64,000 nucleotides of DNA. It comes from Auanema rhodensis (Eukaryota > Animalia > Nematoda). The stretch is from contig OZ059897.1 in NCBI GenBank assembly GCA_964057225.1, positions 1,116,001-1,180,000 of the forward strand. Reading direction: 5' to 3'. Both the position numbers and the translations under genes were made by a program. Position 1 is the first letter of the stretch, and each line of letters opens with the position of its first letter. Below the pieces are notes generated by a model. It saw only the letters and a list, made by a program, of their open reading frames with translations, had not been told where the DNA came from and did not search any database. This document shows, one piece after another, positions 1 through 10,624 of the stretch.

Positions 1-65
1 TTTAAGCTGCGTCGATCTGTGTTATCAGATTTGCGCTAGCTTAAAAATGCACCGAGATATCAACT

Positions 66-87
66 GATATAAGTTCACACTTATATC
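66..87. other. Perfect 9-bp inverted repeat GATATAAGT-tcac-ACTTATATC (recurs in most monomers)
   Basis: Positions 66-74 are the exact reverse complement of 79-87. Confidence 0.9.
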
Positions 88-237
88 CTCGATTTTCACC
101 CTGAAGAATTAATTTGTTCGTTAAATAACATTGTCCATCGTCTTCGCCTTGAAAAAAGAAATCTAAAAACATCTACTTTTCGTAAAAGTATCTTGAAATT
201 TTTCAGGAAAATTTTTGTCAAAATGTTTTTGGAAGCA

Positions 238-265
238 ATGTTGAGTGTACATGGAAACTCAACAT
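238..265. other. Perfect 9-bp inverted repeat ATGTTGAGT-N10-ACTCAACAT (recurs in nearly all monomers)
   Basis: Positions 238-246 are the exact reverse complement of 257-265. Confidence 0.9.
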
Positions 266-3200
266 ACACTAATGCATCATTTTTCAAACGATCATAACTA
301 ATTTTTGTATTGAGCGTTTCTTAATGTTGTATAGTGCATTTGATGCGGATTTTCAAGCTGCGTCGATCTGTCTTATCCGATTTGCGCTAGCTTAAAAATG
401 CACCGAGATATCAACTGATATAAGTTCACACTTATATCCTCGATTTTCACTCTGAAGAATTAATTTTTTCGTTGAATAACATTGTCCATCGTCTTCGCCT
501 TGAAAAAAAGAATCTAAAAACATCTACTTTTTGTGAAATTATCTTGAAATTTTTTGGGGAAATTTTTGTCAAAATGTTTTTGGAAGCAATGTTGAGTGTA
601 CATGGAAACTCAACATACACTAATGCATCATTTTTCAAACAATCATAAATAATTTTTGTATTGAGCGTTTTTCAATGTAGTATAATGCATTCGATGCGGA
701 TTTTTAAGCTGCGTCGATCTGTGTTATTAGATTTGAGTTAGCTTAAAAATGCACCGAGATATCAACTGATATAAGTTCACACTTATATCCTCGATTTTCA
801 CCCTGAAGAATTAATTTTTTCGTTGAATAAAATTGTCCATCGTCTTCGCCTTGAGAGAAGGAATCTAAGAACATCTAGTTTTTGTAAAATTATTTTGAAA
901 TTTTTCGGGAAAATTTTTGTCAAAATGTTTTTGGAAGCAATGTTGAGTGTACATGGAAACTCAACATACACTAATGCATCATTTTTCAAACAATCATAAA
1001 TAATTTTTGTATTGAGCGTTTCTCAATGTGGTATAGTGCATTCGGAACAAATGTTTAAGCTGCGTCGATCTGTGTTATCAGATTTGCGCTAGCTTAAAAA
1101 TGCACCGAGATATCAATTGAAATAAGTTCACACTTATATCCTCGATTTTCACCCTGAAGAATTAATTTTTTCGTTGAATAACATTGTCCATCGTCTTCGC
1201 CTTAAAAAAAAGAATCTAAAAACATCTAGTTTTTGTAGAATTATCTTGAAATTTTTCGGGATAATTTTTGTCAAAATGTTTTTGGAAGCAATGTTGAGTG
1301 TACATGGAAACTCAACATACACTAATGCATCATTTTTCAAACAATCATAAATAATTTTTGTATTGAGCGTTTCTCAATGTTATATAGTGCATTCGATGCG
1401 GATTTTTAAGCTGCGTCGATCTGTGTTATTAGATTTGAGTTAGCTTAAAAATGCACCGAGATATCAACTGATATAAGTTCACACTTATATCCTCGATTTT
1501 CACCCTGAAGAATTAATTTTTTCGTTGAATAAAATTGTCCATCGTCTTCGCCTTGAGAGAAGGAATCTAAGAACATCTAGTTTTTGTAAAATTATTTTGA
1601 AATTTTTCGGGAAAATTTTTGTCAAAATGTTTTTGGAAGCAATGTTGAGTGTACATGGAAACTCAACATACACTAATGCATCATTTTTCAAACAATCATA
1701 AATAATTTTTGTATTGAGCGTTTCTCAATGTGGTATAGTGCATTCGGAACAAATGTTTAAGCTGCGTCGATCTGTGTTATCAGATTTGCGCTAGCTTAAA
1801 AATGCACCGAGATATCAATTGAAATAAGTTCACACTTATATCCTCGATTTTCACCCTGAAGAATTAATTTTTTCGTTGAATAACATTGTCCATCGTCTTC
1901 GCCTTAAAAAAAAGAATCTAAGAACATCTAGTTTTTGTAAAATTATTTTGAAATTTTTCGGGAAAATTTTTGTCAAAATGTTTTTGGAAGCAATGTTGAG
2001 TGTACATGGAAACTCAACATACACTAATGCATCATTTTTCAAACAATCATAAATAATTTTTGTATTGAGCGTTTATCCATGTAGTATAGTGCCTTCGATG
2101 CGGATTTTTAAGCTGCGTCGATCTGTGTTATCAGATTTGAGTTAGCTTAAAAATGCACCGAGATATCAACTGATATAAGTTCACACTTATATCCTCGATT
2201 TTCACCCTGAAGAATTAATTTTTTCGTTGAATAACATTGTCCATCGTCTTCGCCTTGAAAACAAAAATCTAAAAACATCTAGTTTTTGTAAAATTATCTT
2301 GAAATTTTTCGGGAAAATTTTTGTCAAAATGTTTTTGGAAGCAATGTTGAGTGTACATGGAAACTCAACATACACTAATGCATCATTTTTCAAACAATCA
2401 TAAATAATTTTTGTATTGAGCGTTTTTCAATGTAGTATAATGCATTCGATGCGGATTTTTAAGTTGCGTCGATCTGTGTTATCAGATTTGAGTTAGCTTA
2501 AAAATGCACCGAGATATCAACTGATATAAGTTCACACTTATATCCTCGATTTTAACCCTGAAGAATTAATTTTTTCGTTGAAAAACATTGTCCATGGTCT
2601 TCGCCTTAAAAAAAGGAAATTAGAAACATTTACTTTCTGTAAAATTATCTTGAATTTTTTCGGGATAATTTTTGTCAAAATGTTTTTGGAAGCAATGTTG
2701 AGTGTACATGGAAACTCAACATACACTAATGCATCATTTTTCAAACAATCATAAATAATTTTTGTATTGAGCGTTTCTCAATGTTATATAGTGCATTCGA
2801 TGCGGATTTTTAAGCTGCTTCGATCTGTGTTATTAGATTTGCGCTAGCTTAAAAATGCACCGAGATATCAACTGATATAAGTTCACACTTATATCCTCGA
2901 TTTTCACCCTGAAGAATTAATTTTTTCGTTGAATAAAATTGTCCATCGTCTTCGCAATAAGAAAAGGAATCTAAGAACATCTAGTTTTTGTAAAATTATC
3001 TTGAAATTTTTCGGGATAATTTTTGTCAAAATGTTTTTGGAAGCAATGTTGAGTGTACATGGAAACTCAACATACACTAATGCATCATTTTTCAAACAAT
3101 CATAAATAATTTTTGTATTGAGCGTTTCTCAATGTTATATAGTGCATTCGATGCGGATTTTTAAGCTGCGTCGATCTGTGTTATTAGATTTGAGTTAGCT

Positions 3201-5604
3201 TAAAAATGCACCGAGATATCAACTGATATAAGTTCACACTTATATCCTCGATTTTCACCCTGAAGAATTAATTTTTTCGTTGAATAAAATTGTCCATCGT
3301 CTTCGCCTTGAGAAAAGGAATCTAAGAACATCTAGTTTTTGTAAAATTATCTTGAAATTTTTCGGGAAAATTTTTGTCAAAATGTTTTTGGAAGCAATGT
3401 TGAGTGTACATGGAAACTCAACATACACTAATGCATCATTTTTCAAACAATCATAAATAATTTTTGTATTGAGCGTTTCTCAATGTGGTATAGTGCATTC
3501 GGAACAAATGTTTAAGCTGCGTCGATCTGTGTTATCAGATTTGCGCTAGCTTAAAAATGCACCGAGATATCAATTGAAATAAGTTCACACTTATATCCTC
3601 GATTTTCACCCTGAAGAATTAATTTTTTCGTTGAATAACATTGTCCATCGTCTTCGCCTTAAAAAAAAGAATCTAAAAACATCTAGTTTTTGTAAAATTA
3701 TCTTGAAATTTTTCGGGAAAATTTTTGTCAAAATGTTTTTGGAAGCAATGTTGAGTGTACATGGAAACTCAACATACACTAATGCATCATTTTTCAAACA
3801 ATCATAAATAATTTTTGTATTGAGCGTTTATCCATGTAGTATAGTGCCTTCGATGCGGATTTTTAAGCTGCGTCGATCTGTGTTATCAGATTTGAGTTAG
3901 CTTAAAAATGCACCGAGATATCAACTGATATAAGTTCACACTTATATCCTCGATTTTCACCCTGAAGAATTAATTTTTTCGTTGAATAACATTGTCCATC
4001 GTCTTCGCCTTAAAAAAAAGAATCTAAAAACATCTAGTTTTTGTAAAATTATCTTGAAATTTTTCGGGAAAATTTTTGTCAAAATGTTTTTGGAAGCAAT
4101 GTTGAGTGTACATGGAAACTCAACATACACTAATGCATCATTTTTCAAACAATCATAAATAATTTTTGTATTGAGCGTTTTTCAATGTAGTATAATGCAT
4201 TCGATGCGGATTTTTAAGTTGCGTCGATCTGTGTTATCAGATTTGAGTTAGCTTAAAAATGCACCGAGATATCAACTGATATAAGTTCACACTTATATCC
4301 TCGATTTTCACCCTGAAGAATTAATTTTTTCGTTGAATAACATTGTCCATCGTCTTCGCCTTAAAAAAAAGAATCTAAAAACATCTAGTTTTTGTAAAAT
4401 TATCTTGAAATTTTTCGGGAAAATTTTTGTCAAAATGTTTTTGGAAGCAATGTTGAGTGTACATGGAAACTCAACATACACTAATGCATCATTTTTCAAA
4501 CAATCATAAATAATTTTTGTATTGAGCGTTTTTCAATGTAGTATAATGCATTCGATGCGGATTTTTAAGTTGCGTCGATCTGTGTTATCAGATTTGAGTT
4601 AGCTTAAAAATGCACCGAGATATCAACTGATATAAGTTCACACTTATATCCTCGATTTTAACCCTGAAGAATTAATTTTTTCGTTGAAAAACATTGTCCA
4701 TGGTCTTCGCCTTAAAAAAAGGAAATTAGAAACATTTACTTTCTGTAAAATTATCTTGAAATTTTTCGGGATAATTTTTGTCAAAATGTTTTTGGAAGCA
4801 ATGTTGAGTGTACATGGAAACTCAACATACACTAATGCATCATTTTTCAAACAATCATAAATAATTTTTGTATTGAGCGTTTCTTAATGTATTATAGTGC
4901 ATTCGGTGCGGATTTCTAAGCTGCGTCGATCTGTGTTATTAGATTTGCGCTAGCTTAAAAATGCACCGAGATATCAACTGATATAAGTTCACACTTATAT
5001 CCTCGATTTTCACCCTGAAGAATTAATTTTTTCGTTGAATAAAATTGTCCATCGTCTTCGCAATAAGAAAAGGAATCTGAGAACATCTAGTTTTTGTAAA
5101 ATTATCTTGAAATATTTCGGGATAATTTTTGTCAAAATGTTTTTGGAAGCAATGTTGAGTGTACATGGAAACTCAACATACACTAATGCATCATTTTTCA
5201 AACAATCATAAATAATTTTTGTATTGAGCGTTTCTCAATGTAGTATAGTGCATTCGATGCGGATTTTTAAGCTGCTTCGATCTGTGTTATCAGATTTGCG
5301 CCAGCTTAAAAATGCACCCAGATATCAACTGATATAAATTCACACTTATATCCTCGATTTTCACCCTGAAGAGTTAATTTTTTCGTTGAATAACATTGTC
5401 CATCGTCTTCGCCTTAAGAAAAGGAATCTAAAAACATAAACTTTTCGTGAAATTATCTTGAAATTTTTCGGGAAAATTTTTGTCAAAATGTTTTTGGAAG
5501 CAATGTTGAGTGTACATGGAAACTCAACATACACTAATGCATCATTTTTCAAACAATCATAAATAATTTTTGTATTGAGCTTTTCTCAATGTAGTATAAT
5601 GCTT

Positions 5605-5671
5605 TCGATGCGGATTTTTAAGCTGCGTCGATCTGTGTTATCAGATTTGCGCTAGCTTAAAAATGCACCGA
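5605..5671. other. ~67-nt imperfect inverted repeat (example copy; one per monomer)
   Basis: ATTTTTAAGCT (5614-5624) pairs with AGCTTAAAAAT (5654-5664). Inner pairs are GCG/CGC and ATCTG/CAGAT; the outer pair is TCGATGC/GCACCGA. Confidence 0.85.
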
Positions 5672-7817
5672 GATATCAATTGAAATAAGTTCACACATAT
5701 ATCCTCGATTTTCACCCTGAAGAATTAATTTTTTCGTTAAATAACATTGTCCATCGTTTTCGCCTTGAAAAAAGAAATCTAAAAACATCTACTTTTCGTA
5801 AAAGTATCTTGAAATTTTTTGGGGAAATTTTTGTCAAAATGTTTTTGGAAGCAATGTTGAGTGTACATGGAAACTCAACATACACTAATGCATCATTTTT
5901 CAAACGATCATAACTAATTTTTGTATTGAGCGTTTCTTATTGTTGTATAGTGCATTCGATGCGGATTTTTAAGCTGCGTCGATCTGTCTTATCCGATTTG
6001 CGCTAGCTTAAAAATGCACCGAGATATCAACTGATATAAGTTCACACTTATATCCTCGATTTTCACTCTGAAGAATTAATTTTTTCGTTGAATAACATTG
6101 TCCATCGTCTTCGCCTTAAAAAAAAGAATCTAAAAACATCTACTTTTTGTAAAATTATCTTGAAATTTTTTGGGGAAATTTTTGTCAAAATGTTTTTGGA
6201 AGCAATGTTGAGTGTACATGGAAACTCAACATACACTAATGCATCATTTTTCAAACAATCATAAATAATTTTTGTATTGAGCGTTTCTCAATGTTATATA
6301 GTGCATTCGATGCGGATTTTTAAGCTGCGTCGATCTGTGTTATTAGATTTGAGTTAGCTTAAAAATGCACCGAGATATCAACTGATATAAGTTCACACTT
6401 ATATCCTCGATTTTCACCCTGAAGAATTAATTTTTTCGTTGAATAAAATTGTCCATCGTCTTCGCCTTAAGAAAAGGAATCTAAAAACATATACTTTTCG
6501 TGAAATTATCTTGAAATTTTTTGGGGAAATTTTTGTCAAAATGTTTTTGGAAGCAATGTTGAGTGTACATGGAAACTCAACATACACTAATGCATCATTT
6601 TTCAAACAATCATAAATAATTTTTGTATTGAGCGTTTCTCAATGTTATATAGTGCATTCGATGCGGATTTTTAAGCTGCGTCGATCTGTGTTATTAGATT
6701 TGAGTTAGCTTAAAAATGCACCGAGATATCAACTGATATAAGTTCACACTTATATCCTCGATTTTCACCCTGAAGAATTAATTTTTTCGTTGAATAAAAT
6801 TGTCCATCGTCTTTGCCTTGAGAAAAGGAATCTAAGAACATCTAGTTTTTGTAAAATTATCTTGAAATTTTTCGGGAAAATTTTTGTCAAAATGTTTTTG
6901 GAAGCAATGTTGAGTGTACATGGAAACTCAACATACACTAATGCATCATTTTTCAAACAATCATAAATAATTTTTGTATTGAGCGTTTCTCAATGTGGTA
7001 TAGTGCATTCGGAACAAATGTTTAAGCTGCGTCGATCTGTGTTATCAGATTTGCGCTAGCTTAAAAATGCACCGAGATATCAATTGAAATAAGTTCACAC
7101 TTATATCCTCGATTTTCACCCTGAAGAATTAATTTTTTCGTTGAAAAACATTGTCCATGGTCTTCGCCTTAAAAAAAGGAAATTAGAAACATTTACTTTC
7201 TGTAAAATTATCTTGAAATTTTTCGGGATAATTTTTGTCAAAATGTTTTTGGAAGCAATGTTGAGTGTACATGGAAACTCAACATACACTAATGCATCAT
7301 TTTTCAAACAATCATAAATAATTTTTGTATTGAGCGTTTCTCAATGTGGTATAGTGCATTCGGAACAAATGTTTAAGTTGCGTCGATCTGTGTTATCAGA
7401 TTTGCGCTAGCTTAAAAATGCACCGAGATATCAACTGATATAAGTTCACACTTATATCCTCGATTTTAACCCTGAAGAATTAATTTTTTCGTTGAATTAC
7501 ATTGTCCATCGTCTTCGCCTTGAAAAAAAGAATCTAAAAACATCTAGTTTTTGTAAAATTATCTTGAAATTTTTCGGGATAATTTTTGTCAAAATGTTTT
7601 TGGAAGCAATGTTGAGTGTACATGGAAACTCAACATACACTAATGCATCATTTTTCAAACAATCATAAATAATTTTTGTATTGAGCGTTTCTTAATGTAT
7701 TATAGTGCATTCGATGCGGATTTCTAAGCTGCGTCGATCTGTGTTATTAGATTTGCGCTAGCTTAAAAATGCACCGAGATATCAACTGATATAAGTTCAC
7801 ACTTATATCCTCGATTT

Positions 7818-10624
7818 TCACCCTGAAGAATTAATTTTTTTGTTGAATAAAATTGTCCATCGTCTTCGCAATAAGAAAAGGAATTTAAGAACATCTAGTT
7901 TTTGTAAAATTATCTTGAAATTTTTCGGGAAAATTTTTGTCAAAATGTTTTTGGAAGCAATGTTGAGTGTACATGGAAACTCAACATACACTAATGCATC
8001 ATTTTTCAAACAATCATAAATAATTTTTGTATTGAGCGTTTCTCAATGTGGTATAGTGCATTCGAAACAAATGTTTAAGCTGCGTCGATCTGTGTTATCA
8101 GATTTGCGCTAGCTTAAAAATGCACCGAGATATCAATTGAAATAAGTTCACACTTATATCCTCGATTTTCACCCTGAAGAATTAATTTTTTCGTTGAATA
8201 ACATTGTCCATCGTCTTCGCCTTAAGAAAAGGAATCTAAAAACATATACTTTTCGTGAAATTATCTTGAAATTTTTTGGGGAAATTTTTGTCAAAATGTT
8301 TTTGGAAGCAATGTTGAGTGTACATGGAAACTCAACATACACTAATGCATCATTTTTCAAACGATCATAACTAATTTTTGTATTGAGCGTTTCTTAATGT
8401 TGTATAGTGCATTCGATGCGGATTTTTAAGCTGCGTCGATCTGTCTTATCCGATTTGCGCTAGCTTAAAAATGCACCGAGATATCAATTGAAATAAGTTC
8501 ACACTTATATCCTCGATTTTCACCCTGAAGAATTAATTTTTTCGTTGAATAACATTGTCCATCGTCTTCGCCTTAAAAAAAAGAATCTAAAAACATCTAG
8601 TTTTTGTAAAATTATCTTGAAATTTTTCGGGAAAATTTTTGTCAAAATGTTTTTGGAAGCAATGTTGAGTGTACATGGAAACTCAACATACACTAATGCA
8701 TCATTTTTCAAACAATCATAAATAATTTTTGTATTGAGCGTTTTTCAATGTAGTATAATGCATTCGATGCGGATTTTTAAGTTGCGTCGATCTGTGTTAT
8801 CAGATTTGAGTTAGCTTAAAAATGCACCGAGATATCAACTGATATAAGTTCACACTTATATCCTCGATTTTCACCCTGAAGAATTAATTTTTTCGTTGAA
8901 TAACATTGTCCATCGTCTTCGCCTAAAAAAAAGAATCTAAAAACATCTAGTTTTTGTAAAATTATCTTGAAATTTTTCGGGAAAATTTTTGTCAAAATGT
9001 TTTTGGAAGCAATGTTGAGTGTACATGGAAACTCAACATACACTAATGCATCATTTTTCAAACAATCATAAATAATTTTTGTATTGAGCGTTTCTCAATG
9101 TTATATAGTGCATTCGATGCGGATTTTTAAGCTGCGTCGATCTGTGTTATTAGATTTGAGTTAGCTTAAAAATGCACCGAGATATCAACTGATATAAGTT
9201 CACACTTATATCCTCGATTTTCACCCTGAAGAATTAATTTTTTTGTTGAATAAAATTGTCCATCGTCTTCGCAATAAGAAAAGGAATTTAAGAACATCTA
9301 GTTTTTGTAAAATTATCTTGAAATTTTTCGGGAAAATTTTTGTCAAAATGTTTTTGGAAGCAATGTTGAGTGTACATGGAAACTCAACATACACTAATGC
9401 ATCATTTTTCAAACAGTCATAAATAATTTTTGTATTGAGCGTTTCTCAATGTGGTATAGTGCATTCGAAACAAATGTTTAAGCTGCGTCGATCTGTGTTA
9501 TCAGATTTGCGCTAGCTTAAAAATGCACCGAGATATCAATTGAAATAAGTTCACACTTATATCCTCGATTTTCACCCTGAAGAATTAATTTTTTCGTTGA
9601 ATAACATTGTCCATCGTCTTCGCCTTAAGAAAAGGAATCTAAAAACATATACTTTTCGTGAAATTATCTTGAAATTTTTTGGGGAAATTTTTGTCAAAAT
9701 GTTTTTGGAAGCAATGTTGAGTGTACATGGAAACTCAACATACACTAATGCATCATTTTTCAAACGATCATAACTAATTTTTGTATTGAGCGTTTCTTAA
9801 TGTTGTATAGTGCATTCGATGCGGATTTTTAAGCTGCGTCGATCTGTCTTATCCGATTTGCGCTAGCTTAAAAATGCACCGAGATATCAATTGAAATAAG
9901 TTCACACTTATATCCTCGATTTTCACCCTGAAGAATTAATTTTTTCGTTGAATAACATTGTCCATCGTCTTCGCCTTAAAAAAAAGAATCTAAAAACATC
10001 TAGTTTTTGTAAAATTATCTTGAAATTTTTCGGGAAAATTTTTGTCAAAATGTTTTTGGAAGCAATGTTGAGTGTACATGGAAACTCAACATACACTAAT
10101 GCATCATTTTTCAAACAATCATAAATAATTTTTGTATTGAGCGTTTTTCAATGTAGTATAATGCATTCGATGCGGATTTTTAAGTTGCGTCGATCTGTGT
10201 TATCAGATTTGAGTTAGCTTAAAAATGCACCGAGATATCAACTGATATAAGTTCACACTTATATCCTCGATTTTCACCCTGAAGAATTAATTTTTTCGTT
10301 GAATAACATTGTCCATCGTCTTCGCCTTAAAAAAAAGAATCTAAAAACATCTAGTTTTTGTAAAATTATCTTGAAATTTTTCGGGAAAATTTTTGTCAAA
10401 ATGTTTTTGGAAGCAATGTTGAGTGTACATGGAAACTCAACATACACTAATGCATCATTTTTCAAACAATCATAAATAATTTTTGTATTGAGCGTTTCTC
10501 AATGTTATATAGTGCATTCGATGCGGATTTTTAAGCTGCGTCGATCTGTGTTATTAGATTTGAGTTAGCTTAAAAATGCACCGAGATATCAACTGATATA
10601 AGTTCACACTTATATCCTCGATTT
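7818..10624. repeat. 4-mer tandem duplication (1,403-bp offset)
   Basis: Units 7818, 8169, 8520 and 8871 match 9221, 9572, 9923 and 10274. There is a 1-bp deletion near 8924 in the first copy only. Confidence 0.8.

Larger units (their letters stand above)
1..351. repeat. Representative monomer (arbitrary phase)
   Basis: TTTAAGCTGCGTCGATCTG at position 1 recurs as TTCAAGCTGCGTCGATCTG at 352 and TTTAAGCTGCGTCGATCTG at 703. Most copies carry one EcoRV (GATATC), one BsrGI (TGTACA) and one NsiI (ATGCAT) site. Confidence 0.97.

Noticed and set aside
1-351. Tandem 5S rRNA, tRNA, snRNA or spliced-leader gene repeat
   Set aside because: The unit size is compatible, but I recognise no 5S, tRNA cloverleaf, Pol III A/B/C box or spliced-leader sequence. 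An Infernal/Rfam scan would be the definitive test.
1-351. Assignment to a named ~350-360 bp insect satellite (e.g. tenebrionid beetle satellites or the Drosophila 359-bp family)
   Set aside because: Only length and AT content are similar. I cannot confirm sequence homology without a search.
467-483. CENP-B box-like motif (TTCGTTGAA)
   Set aside because: It matches only the TTCG....A part of NTTCGNNNNANNCGGGN; the CGGG is absent at the required spacing.
8816-9061. Longer 81-aa ORF (and the 68-aa variants elsewhere)
   Set aside because: The 81-aa ORF results from a singleton 1-bp deletion next to an A-run (~8924), possibly a sequencing error. The 68-aa forms come from a TGA>TTA change. Neither implies function.
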